Below, piece by piece: positions 49,596-57,429 of a DNA stretch of 57,429 bases. Made by a program: the position numbers and the translations under genes. The DNA comes from an uncultured Alphaproteobacteria bacterium (GTDB taxonomy: Bacteria > Pseudomonadota > Alphaproteobacteria > JAJFIK01). The stretch is taken from assembly GCA_964522525.1 (NCBI GenBank), contig CAZFWG010000014.1, positions 2,492 through 59,920 of the forward strand. The letters are read 5' to 3'. Numbering within the stretch: the first letter of the stretch is position 1; each line of letters opens with the position of its first letter. The notes beneath the pieces were generated by a model. That model worked only from the letters and a program-made list of their open reading frames with translations. It ran no database searches and was not told where the DNA came from.

Positions 49596-50516
49596 TCAAT
49601 CATTGTCCAGACAGTCGTGGCGGATGCCTTGATTGTCCATCACCATGGCATGGATCCCGGCTTCCTTGATCCAGGCCAGACCCTCAAGCCCCTTGAGCAT
49701 GGCGATCGTGGCGCAACTGCCCGCCACCACACAATGGGGGGCCACTACCGACACCGCGGCGAGCCCATGGACGGGCCATCCCGTGCGGGGATTGAGGATA
49801 TGGGCATAGCGCACCCCGTCGATGACGAGACAACGCTCATAGTCCCCGCTGCTGGCCACGGCACCCTTGGCAAGATCGATGGCCCCCATAATATCGTCCG
49901 AATTGCGCCCATGACGCAGGGCGACCGACCAGGGCTGGCCGTCCGCATGGGGACCGATCACCCGGATATCCCCGCCCAGATCCACCAGACCATGGTGCAC
50001 CCGCCGCTGTTCCAGCAGGCCGGCGACGGTATCGGCGGCGTATTCTTTCACGATCCCGCCGAAATCGATTTCCATGCCCGGACGCCCGAAACGGATCTCG
50101 GAGCGGGTCCAGGACACGTGCTGCCATCCGATCCGCGGCAGCAGGTCATCAATCGCCTCCTGGCTCGGCAGCTGGCCTGACTTGAAATCCCAGGCGGCGC
50201 GCAACACCCCGGACGTGATGTCGAAAAGACCCTCGCTCGTCTCGTGGCAGGTTTGCGCGTAGTCGAGAAGGGCCGCGCATTCCTCGTCAATCGACACGCT
50301 TGTCCCGGCCTTCGCGGCCCTGTTGATCGATGCGAAAAAATTGTCCGGCAGGAAGCGGGAATATTTCTGCTCAAGCGCCGCGACCGCCGCCTCCGCCGCC
50401 TTGAGCGTGCGTTGGGCGGCCCAACGATCCGCTTGGTAGATCTTGATCGTGCACGGAGAGCCCATGGCCCGGAATTGCCGGACATGGAGTTTGGGGTTTC
50501 GGTTCTTAGAAGACAC
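49596..50516 (-). CDS. apbE: FAD:protein FMN transferase (ApbE family)
   Basis: F.AMG, SRF, G.FDIT.G, DFGGI.KEYA.D, D.GGD, A.SGDYER, HI.NPRTG.P; start inferred at GTG overlapping the upstream stop. Confidence 0.92.
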   Translation of the reverse strand: MSSKNRNPKLHVRQFRAMGSPCTIKIYQADRWAAQRTLKAAEAAVAALEQKYSRFLPDNFFASINRAAKAGTSVSIDEECAALLDYAQTCHETSEGLFDITSGVLRAAWDFKSGQLPSQEAIDDLLPRIGWQHVSWTRSEIRFGRPGMEIDFGGIVKEYAADTVAGLLEQRRVHHGLVDLGGDIRVIGPHADGQPWSVALRHGRNSDDIMGAIDLAKGAVASSGDYERCLVIDGVRYAHILNPRTGWPVHGLAAVSVVAPHCVVAGSCATIAMLKGLEGLAWIKEAGIHAMVMDNQGIRHDCLDND

Positions 50517-51810
50517 TTTCAAGACTGACGCCGAAACTGTTTGCGTCAAAATCATCAACCTCGGTATTCAGACCGTCGCTGATGGCCAAGTCACCCCGCC
50601 TGATATAGCGCTGATAATAGGCACGCACTTTGAGTGTCTTGAGGGGCGAGTCCTCGAGATTGATGGCTTTTGTCAGTTCGATGGACGGACTGAGGGCACC
50701 GAAGGCTGCCAGGCGATAGTCGCTCGAGAATGCGGCCCCCGGCCCGGTTTGTGCCGACGTGAAGAACGGCCGATAGAAGGTCGCATCGCTTTGACTGTAA
50801 TAACGAATGCCCGGCACGATCTCCCAGGTGTCGCCGATTTCCTTGCGAAGCTGGGCGTTGATGGCGTGGGAATCCGTATCCCATGTATCTGCCGTATACC
50901 GATAATTGACATGTAAAGCCGATCTGGAGCCCGCCAGGTAGGTGCTATATTGCGTGAACAGCGTGAAAATATCCCGGTCGTCCGGGCGTTCTTCCGGCAG
51001 CGTTGTTTCGGTATCCGTCAGAAAAACGCCCTTGTACTGATCACTGAGGAACCCGGTTGCACGAATATAGCTTAGACTGAGTTCCACGACACTGTTCCGG
51101 TTCAAGATGTAACTGACACCGCCCAGGAGTTCGAGCCGGTCTTTATCCTCTTCTATGTTATCACGGAAGATGAACTCCGACACCGTATCATCGGAGTAGC
51201 CGACCTGTCCGAACAGGGTCGTCCGCCCGCCTTTCAAGCGATAGTTGAAGTTCAGGCTGAAAAAGCGGGATTCATAGTCGAATTCCTGGGAGAAAGCGAC
51301 AACCCCACCGATGCTGTAGCGGTCACCGAAATAGCGCAGCTCCCCCTCGATGGAGGTACGGGTGTCGTCGATTTGGCCGCGGATGAGCGCCGGATCCTGG
51401 CCCGGCGCCGCATTGGCCGCGCCGCTGGCCGAGCCAACCGCATCGGCGGAATCAGCGCTGATGGGTGAGAAGATCAGTTCTTCCCCGGTTCCGGATGCGT
51501 TCGGACGCACCGCGAAGGGGGAAGCCCCGCTGACTTCCGTCAAATGCACAAGCAGGCCAACGCGCCAGCGCTCCGAAACCGGAGCGGAGAGCACAAGGCG
51601 ATCCTCCGTGATCTCGACCCGGTCGTCCGTCTCGAAATAATAGGCGCGGTTGTAGGAAAGCTCCGCATTGGGACTGTTGAAGCCCCGGTTCTGCGCCGAG
51701 GCATCATTGATGCCCGGGAGAACCAGCGCCGCCGCAGTCAGAGCAAGGAGTCCCCTCGCCCGATCAGTTGCAGCCACAGCCACCCCCGGCAACCTGACCG
51801 CCGCCCGCAT
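50506..51810 (-). CDS. DUF3570-like probable outer-membrane beta-barrel with SGAS motif
   Basis: Signal-like segment; Y.E..DRV, VSGASP, S.E.DY.S, GFLSD.Y, E.RPD.R, YRY..D.W....H, RYY.Q..A.FY, SSDYRL; ends in F. True start may be GTG 51783 or 51777. Confidence 0.85.
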   Translation of the reverse strand: MRAAVRLPGVAVAATDRARGLLALTAAALVLPGINDASAQNRGFNSPNAELSYNRAYYFETDDRVEITEDRLVLSAPVSERWRVGLLVHLTEVSGASPFAVRPNASGTGEELIFSPISADSADAVGSASGAANAAPGQDPALIRGQIDDTRTSIEGELRYFGDRYSIGGVVAFSQEFDYESRFFSLNFNYRLKGGRTTLFGQVGYSDDTVSEFIFRDNIEEDKDRLELLGGVSYILNRNSVVELSLSYIRATGFLSDQYKGVFLTDTETTLPEERPDDRDIFTLFTQYSTYLAGSRSALHVNYRYTADTWDTDSHAINAQLRKEIGDTWEIVPGIRYYSQSDATFYRPFFTSAQTGPGAAFSSDYRLAAFGALSPSIELTKAINLEDSPLKTLKVRAYYQRYIRRGDLAISDGLNTEVDDFDANSFGVSLESVF

Positions 51811-51991
51811 TGGCTTCCTTTGAGAAGAACAAGTGATTCTCGAAGGAAGACCGCAGATTCTGGGTGTCAGTCATCGCCTCTTTGGCTAGGATTTCCCGTT
51901 CCCAGGGCTGCACCGAGCTGGCGCATCCACCGAGAACCGTCGAGCAGAGGAAAGCGCAGGCAATCAGGCGGAAAGAATTACGCGACATCAT
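51764..51991 (-). CDS. DUF4266-like small lipoprotein ending GGGCGCN
   Basis: Lipobox LGGC; V.PWER..LA...M; SKEA..GG...GGGCGCN. Confidence 0.88.
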   Translation of the reverse strand: MMSRNSFRLIACAFLCSTVLGGCASSVQPWEREILAKEAMTDTQNLRSSFENHLFFSKEANAGGGQVAGGGCGCN

Positions 51992-52488
51992 TGTCTCCCC
52001 CGATTGTTCCGAACCGCTTCGGCGATCTGCTGTCGGATCTCTTTCCCGTCGGACGGATTGAAGCCCGAATGTTCATATAGAAATTCCCCGCCCGGACCAA
52101 ATACATAGGACGACGGCATGGCATCGACGTCGAAGCGCGTGGGACACTGACCAGTCGTATCCAGCGCCAGGGTGAAACTCGATGGATTGCGGCGGGCGAA
52201 GCGCAGGGCCTTGTCCCGCTCCGTGTCGACACTGATCGCAATCACCTCAAGCTCGTCCGGGTGAAACTCTTCCCGCAGCTCATTCATGAAGGGAAAGGAG
52301 AGCTGGCAGGGGCCGCACCAGGAGGCCCAGAAATCCAGATAAACGATTTTGCCGAGATGATCGCCCAGATCCACGGGCGTGCCATCGGCAAGGGAAACGG
52401 GCTGGCACTCCGGCAGATTGTCCGCTGCCCGAACGCCTGCCGGGCCGACGGCAAGGACCATGGTCACGGCAATGGCAAGGGCACGCAC
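51988..52488 (-). CDS. TlpA-family thiol:disulfide oxidoreductase
   Basis: GK.VYLDFWASWCGPC..SFP.M, F.V.AMP.S; signal-like N-terminus; start could be 52554. Confidence 0.92.
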   Translation of the reverse strand: MRALAIAVTMVLAVGPAGVRAADNLPECQPVSLADGTPVDLGDHLGKIVYLDFWASWCGPCQLSFPFMNELREEFHPDELEVIAISVDTERDKALRFARRNPSSFTLALDTTGQCPTRFDVDAMPSSYVFGPGGEFLYEHSGFNPSDGKEIRQQIAEAVRNNRGRQ

Positions 52489-52942
52489 TGCCCCCTGTTT
52501 GCCGGAAGCAACCAAGCGGTGAAAGCAACGTAGCGGAGGCACTGTAAAGCTCATGGATCCACACATTTTGATCGGATGACGTTCCCTGTTGTCATCTAAA
52601 ACTCCCGCGCGGAATACAAATGAAAACATTTCAATTTAAACTTTGAGTTGTTCCCGCGGGCCGCGTTCCCGGATACCCCAATCCCCGTCTCCGTTCGTTA
52701 TTTCCGCTCATCAATATGATTACTGAACATTTTGAAACCTTCGGCATCACGGAAAAAACCGAGTGATGCCAAGGCTGAACCAAGAAACGGGCAGATCCGT
52801 GGCCCCGCCCCGCGGGGCACGCAGCGTTCGGGATAGCCCCGTCAAAACAATGACTTCACGAGCTTATCACGTCGACGAGAGAACCCCATTCCGATTTGAC
52901 ATTAAATCAGAGTAAGGTGGATCCACCGCCACAGGAGGGTTA

Positions 52943-53062
52943 ATGGGCGAGGACAGAGCCCGTCGATTCCCTTGCCACGGGGGCCGCCCAACCTGGCACA
53001 CGGAACATATGAACAAAATGACACATGAGGCAGAATGGCACATTTGTCTGCCTACACCGTAA
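52943..53062 (+). CDS. Putative 39-aa His/Cys/Trp/Met-rich peptide (not in the ORF track)
   Basis: AGGAGG RBS at 52933-52938; MGEDRARRFPCHGGRPTWHTEHMNKMTHEAEWHICLPTP*; stops 22 nt before the CMD start. Confidence 0.45.
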   Translation: MGEDRARRFPCHGGRPTWHTEHMNKMTHEAEWHICLPTP

Positions 53063-53084
53063 AGGAGCAAACAGGAGAAAAGCC

Positions 53085-53684
53085 ATGCCCCATATCAACG
53101 CCAAATCACGTCGTGAACTGATCGCCTATGAGCCCATGTTCCAGGCCGTGGAACTGGCCATGGGTTTTGTCCCCAATTCCATGCTGACCATGGCACGGGT
53201 GCCGGGACTGCTTGAGGGGTTTGCCGGGCTCGGTATGGCGGTCCTCGGGCCCGGGCGTCTTGATCCCGGCCTCAAACAGATGATCGCCCACGTGGCGAGC
53301 CGGACGGCGGGGTGTCAGTATTGCATGGCCCATACGGCCCACTCCGCCCATCGCGTTGGTGTGGATACAGACAAACTCGAAGCGATCTGGTCCTATGAGA
53401 CCGATGGCCGCTTCACGGAAGGCGAGCGGGCCGCTTTGCGTCTTGCTCAGCTGGCGGCTCAAGTCCCCAATGCAACGACTCCGGCGGATTTCGAGGCTCT
53501 GAAAGCCCATTTCGACGCCGAAACCTGCCTTGAGATCGTGGCGGTGATCAGCCTGTTCGGCTTCTTGAATCGCTGGAACGACACGCTCGCCACGCACCTC
53601 GAAGACAGCGCCCGGATGTTTGGCGAAGCCCATCTCGCGCAACAAGGGTGGCAGGCCGGCAAGCACGGGGACAGCTCTTCCTGA
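53085..53684 (+). CDS. Carboxymuconolactone decarboxylase/AhpD-like protein
   Basis: MGFVPNS, S..AGCQYC.AH (CxxC), F...ERAAL, GFLNRWND.LAT; AGGAGA RBS. Confidence 0.88.
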   Translation: MPHINAKSRRELIAYEPMFQAVELAMGFVPNSMLTMARVPGLLEGFAGLGMAVLGPGRLDPGLKQMIAHVASRTAGCQYCMAHTAHSAHRVGVDTDKLEAIWSYETDGRFTEGERAALRLAQLAAQVPNATTPADFEALKAHFDAETCLEIVAVISLFGFLNRWNDTLATHLEDSARMFGEAHLAQQGWQAGKHGDSSS

Positions 53685-54165
53685 CCCGGATCAGGTCATC
53701 CGCGAGGCCACCTCTTTCGATTTGGTGTTTGTCCGCGCCCACACAACGCCAGGGGAGCGGGCGTCGCGCGAACAGCCATCCCCATGCCTTAAGCGTTGAT
53801 TTTCAATGGATTTCAGTCACGCCGCCCCCTCTTTTAGGACGAGACAAGCAAGGAGAAGCTCACAACGGGCTTGCACTTCCAAGTGGCTGGTGCATTCTTT
53901 ACGCGTCGATAAAAGGTCCTAGTGCCTTGAAATGATTAGTTCTTGCCACTCAATTGATGTAAAAACAAAAGATACAAGCCACGAGAAGCAGTGACACCTA
54001 CAGATATCCGGATCTGTATATCTTTATCGAACAAAAACGTATGCCATAGTCGCCCTGCTTTTCAATCTCTTCTCTTTTTTGTCTGTCCGTCACGACTTCA
54101 AATTGCGGATCCAGAAGGATCTCGATAACGTGAGCATTAGTTCACTGTTGTTGAGGGCGTAATCC

Positions 54166-55239
54166 ATGACGGACTTTCAGGTGCGTCGAACCAGTCTCCG
54201 AGATGCTCGATTTGTCACCCTCGATCGCCCCCCTCTCGCCTTCGGTGCCGTCAGACTGCGGATTGATCTGTTTGCCCTCACCGCCAACAATGTCATTTAC
54301 TCCGCCATGGGCGGCGGCCTGAACTACTGGGATTTTTTTCCTGCGCCCAAGGATTGGGGACGGCCGCCGGTTTGGGGTTTCGCCACGGTAGAGACATCCC
54401 GGCTGCCCGACATCGAACCGGGCGAGCGCGTCTACGGCCTTTTTCCCGTCAGTGAGACGCTCGATGTCCTGCCCTCCCGTCGGTCGGCGGCCGGGTTTGC
54501 GGACGGGATCCGGGAACAACGGAGCAAGGCAACCCTCTATAACCGCTATCTGTTTACGGATCAGGACCCGGCCTATGACGAGGAGTTCGAGGCCGAGCAG
54601 GCCCTGTTCCGCCCCCTGTTCTCCACCGGATGGTGGATCGCCGACACGATCTGCCACAGCATCCTGACACCTTCCACCGTGGTGATGTCGAGCGCGTCAT
54701 CGAAAGCCGCCCTGACAACGGCGTTCCAGCTCCAGCGCCTCGAGGACACACAGCTTATCGGTCTGACCTCTGATGATCATCTGGACTATGTAAAAGAGAT
54801 CGGACTCTATCACGACGTTTTTGCCTATGATGATCTTGAAGCCCTGATGACCGAAGGACCCACGGTCTTCGTCGATTTTCTGGGTCGGGATCATGTGACC
54901 TCGACGGTGCATCATGCTTTGAGCGATCGGCTGACCCGAAGCCTGGCCATCGGTGTCTTGAATTGGAAGGCGGCGTCGGCCGGGGCGGCCGTGGTCGGCC
55001 TTCCAGGGCCCGTGCGGGAGTTCTTCTCGGTGCCCGACTACGCGGCCCGGCGGATCGGTCAGGCCGGGAATTGCCTCAATGAGGCCATGACCGAGGATCT
55101 GGGGCGGTTCTACGAAGAGGCCGCGAATTTCATTTCGCCCACTCACCTCTCCGGGAGCCAGGCCATCGCGCAGGCCTGGGCCCGTCTTGTCGACGACGAT
55201 GTGCCGCCCGACGAAGGTCTCGTCCTGTCTTTTCGCTGA
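54166..55239 (+). CDS. DUF2855-like protein
   Basis: FALTANN..Y, YWDFFP, P.WGFA.V..S, GER.YG.FP, YNRY, L.RPLF.T, SSASSK.A, IGLTS, P..GL. Confidence 0.82.
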   Translation: MTDFQVRRTSLRDARFVTLDRPPLAFGAVRLRIDLFALTANNVIYSAMGGGLNYWDFFPAPKDWGRPPVWGFATVETSRLPDIEPGERVYGLFPVSETLDVLPSRRSAAGFADGIREQRSKATLYNRYLFTDQDPAYDEEFEAEQALFRPLFSTGWWIADTICHSILTPSTVVMSSASSKAALTTAFQLQRLEDTQLIGLTSDDHLDYVKEIGLYHDVFAYDDLEALMTEGPTVFVDFLGRDHVTSTVHHALSDRLTRSLAIGVLNWKAASAGAAVVGLPGPVREFFSVPDYAARRIGQAGNCLNEAMTEDLGRFYEEAANFISPTHLSGSQAIAQAWARLVDDDVPPDEGLVLSFR

Positions 55240-55408
55240 AGCCCCAAAAACGTCTTGCGATTACCAAGCCTTAAGGGCTCGGGGTGTAGATCGTGAGGGC
55301 CCAAGCCGGGATCGCGGATCCGCCATCCGTGCCCCGCGTTTGGCTTCTTTCCGGCCTCTCCACGGGCCGGCCTTCCGTCCCCTCCCTTTGAGTAACCAGG
55401 AAATCGCC

Positions 55409-56305
55409 ATGACCGTCTTGACCCCCTTTCCCGGCCGTGCGGCCAACACCGACACCCTCGATCGCGGCAATGTTTCCGTGCTTCGTACGGAAATCAACCG
55501 TATCATGAACAACGCGCTTGGATCGGCCGGTGACCTGCCAAGCCAGGTTCCAACAGCGCGCAACCCCATCCTGACCCTGCAGGCCGAGATCAACCGGATC
55601 GTCAGCCTGCTGCTCCAGACCCTGCCCGCCAGTGGACCTGTGGCGCCCGGCACCGGTTTCACGCCGGTCCCGCAGACCCTGCCCAGCTATCCGCCCGTGG
55701 CGGGCGCCATCCCGTTCGGCGCGACGGTTTCGGGTGCCGGCATCAACAATTTCGGCGCCACGCTGCTCGCGGAAATCAACCGCGTGTTCAGCAGCGTCCT
55801 TCAAGACACGGATATGGGCGTCCCCAGCACGGGCTTCGCACCGATTCCGGGTCTCCATGGAGGCAGCGGGCTCCCGCAGAGCACGGTGCAGTTTCTGCAG
55901 AACGAGATCAATCGGGTCTTCAGCACCGTGCTTCAGGATCCTGCAGGTGCCGGTGACCCAAGCCTCGCCTTCACACCGCGGGTCAATCTGGTCGAAACGA
56001 CGGATACGATCGAAATCGAGGCGGAACTGCCGGGTTTCACGGAATCCGACATCGACCTCGCGGTCATGGGCAATGTGGTGACCATCAAGGGCTGGCGCCG
56101 CCGCAATGCGTCGGAAGACCTGCGGGAGTTCCACATCCTGGAACGCGGCTACGGCACGTTCTCCCGCTCCCTCACCCTGCCCTTTGAAGCGGATCCAAGC
56201 CTGATCCGGGCGAGTTTCGGGGCCGGTGTGCTGATGATCGAGATCACGAAGCCCGACATGGTGCGCGAAAACACAAGCCGGATCGAGATCGCCAAGGCCG
56301 GGTAG
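55409..56305 (+). CDS. Hsp20/alpha-crystallin family protein with extended, fourfold repeated N-terminus
   Basis: P.VN..ET, AELPG....DI, ER.YG.FSR...LP, A.F..GVL.I...K, terminal IEI motif; four LxxEINR repeats. Confidence 0.9.
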   Translation: MTVLTPFPGRAANTDTLDRGNVSVLRTEINRIMNNALGSAGDLPSQVPTARNPILTLQAEINRIVSLLLQTLPASGPVAPGTGFTPVPQTLPSYPPVAGAIPFGATVSGAGINNFGATLLAEINRVFSSVLQDTDMGVPSTGFAPIPGLHGGSGLPQSTVQFLQNEINRVFSTVLQDPAGAGDPSLAFTPRVNLVETTDTIEIEAELPGFTESDIDLAVMGNVVTIKGWRRRNASEDLREFHILERGYGTFSRSLTLPFEADPSLIRASFGAGVLMIEITKPDMVRENTSRIEIAKAG

Positions 56306-56332
56306 GCCCCCCAACCCGGTTCACCGTCTTGA

Positions 56333-56363
56333 GGGCCGTCCCCGGGACCGGGGCGGCCCCTTT
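56333..56363. terminator. Hairpin between convergent hsp20 and DUF1348 genes
   Basis: GGGCCG-T-CCCCGG-ga-CCGGGG-CGGCCC followed by CTTT. Confidence 0.65.
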
Positions 56364-56364
56364 G

Positions 56365-56829
56365 TCAAAAGCCCAAATCGCTCAAGCCCGGATGATCATC
56401 GGGCCGCCGGCCGAGCGGCCAATGATATTTCCGCTCACCTTCCGTAATTGGATGATCGTTGATGCTGGCGATCCGCCGGCGCATCAATCCGGCTTCGTTG
56501 AATTCCCAGTTTTCATTGCCGTAAGCCCGGAACCAGGTGCCGCTGTCATCGTGGAATTCATAGGCGAAGCGTACCGCGATCCGGTTTTCCCGGAAGGCCC
56601 AAAGCTCCTTGATGAGACGATAGTCAAGCTCCCGGCACCATTTGCGGGTGAGAAAGGCAACGATCTCGTCGCGGCCCGTGATGAACTCCGCCCGGTTGCG
56701 CCATTGGCTGTCGGGCGTATAGGCCAGGGACACTTTTTCCGGATCCCGACTGTTCCAGCCGTCCTCGGCAAGACGGACCTTTTCGATCGCGGTTTGTTCC
56801 GTAAACGGTGGCAATGGCGGACGGGACAT
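56365..56829 (-). CDS. DUF1348 / SnoaL-like (NTF2-fold) protein
   Basis: MSRPPLPPF...[50 protein letters not shown]. Confidence 0.92.
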   Translation of the reverse strand: MSRPPLPPFTEQTAIEKVRLAEDGWNSRDPEKVSLAYTPDSQWRNRAEFITGRDEIVAFLTRKWCRELDYRLIKELWAFRENRIAVRFAYEFHDDSGTWFRAYGNENWEFNEAGLMRRRIASINDHPITEGERKYHWPLGRRPDDHPGLSDLGF

Positions 56830-56958
56830 GGCGTCTTTTCCTCCGGTCTTGCGTTTATAATGGGACGCAGGGCAATCGAACGGATTTGCCGGCTGTCGCA
56901 AGGGACCCAGCCGATCCAATCCACGCCATCCGCCTCTTGTCTGCGAAAGGCAGGCGTC

Positions 56959-57429
56959 TCAGTCCTCGAAGCCCACAAACACCGCCGCTTCGTCAACGGA
57001 TTTGCGCCGGGAGATGACGGCATTCGCCGGGAAGCTGTCGTCCGGGAAGCCCATGGCGATGCAGATCATGATCACCTGATCGTCCGGAATGCGCGCATGT
57101 TCGCGCACCACGGGGGACTGCATGATGCCCTGACTGTTGATGACGCAGCCAAGCCCCCGGGACCAGGCTGCATTGACAAGGGCATTGGCGACCCCGCCAC
57201 AATCGAAGGGCGCAATGTCACCGCCATGGATCGAGCGATCATAAGTCACGACGACGGAGACCGGCGCGTCGAATTGGCGAAAGCCCCGCAAGACCCAACC
57301 CTGGCGGGCCTCCTTGTCATGGCGGGCGATACCCATGGCGGCGAAAAGCTGTTTGGCGATCTCGATCTGACGTTCCCGGTGCACGCCCTCATAGGCGCCG
57401 TGGCTGCGGAACTCCCGGGAGTCCGGCAC
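56959..57429 (-). CDS. Nitroreductase family protein (5' part outside window)
   Basis: GFRQFDAPV, FD.G.....LV.AAWSRGLG.VINSQG, IAMG.PD. Confidence 0.88.
   Translation of the reverse strand: MPDSREFRSHGAYEGVHRERQIEIAKQLFAAMGIARHDKEARQGWVLRGFRQFDAPVSVVVTYDRSIHGGDIAPFDCGGVANALVNAAWSRGLGCVINSQGIMQSPVVREHARIPDDQVIMICIAMGFPDDSFPANAVISRRKSVDEAAVFVGFED

Noticed and set aside
51764-51766. Selenocysteine readthrough at the TGA after GGGCGCN
   Set aside because: GGGCGCN is the normal family C-terminus and the downstream sequence belongs to the barrel gene.
52990-53052. Sigma54 promoter at the TGGCAC motifs
   Set aside because: No GC at the required -12 spacing after either TGGCAC.
55240-55408. ROSE thermometer or RpoH promoter upstream of hsp20
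   Set aside because: I could not find the U(U/C)GCU anti-SD hairpin or a convincing CTTGAA...CCCCAT pair.
36-57202. Many long antisense or alternative-frame ORFs in the track (e.g. 14415-16118, 20792-22624, 24184-25521, 42023-43549)
   Set aside because: They shadow well-supported genes on the other strand or frame, as expected at high GC, and show no recognisable motifs.

Overview
GC-rich alphaproteobacterial chromosome segment. Most of it is conserved housekeeping synteny: rnd, ppx-ppk1-hdaA-DUF2066 / purM-purN, ndk, an ABC-F, holC-pepA / lptF-lptG-lptD-surA-pdxA-rsmA, gmk-yicC-mltG-fabF-acpP-fabG-fabD / rpsF-rpsR-DUF2232-rplI-dnaB-alr-mlaE-mlaF. Accessory genes are interspersed, and a redox/stress-flavoured accessory region runs from about 47.4 kb to the end. 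I recognised no rRNA, tRNA, CRISPR array, integrase or transposase. The strongest leads are: (1) an orphan YjhX/TopAI-family gene with a promoter, an 8-codon uORF and a multibranch leader whose outer stem buries the main translation start (candidate ribosome-sensing attenuator); (2) a TlpA-DUF4266-DUF3570-ApbE operon whose predicted outer-membrane barrel carries an SGAS flavinylation motif (candidate thiol/flavin outer-membrane redox conduit); (3) a PIN/RHH toxin-antitoxin pair bracketed by ~50-bp imperfect direct repeats, with a palindromic, probably leaderless promoter; (4) an unannotated 39-aa His/Cys/Trp/Met-rich ORF ahead of an AhpD/CMD gene; (5) an Hsp20 with four tandem EINR helices; (6) an uncharacterised putative outer-membrane protein with FNR/FixK-type boxes. 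ppk1 has an in-frame TAG and one VOC gene is frameshifted; both may be assembly errors. All family assignments come from motif recognition by eye, not from database searches.
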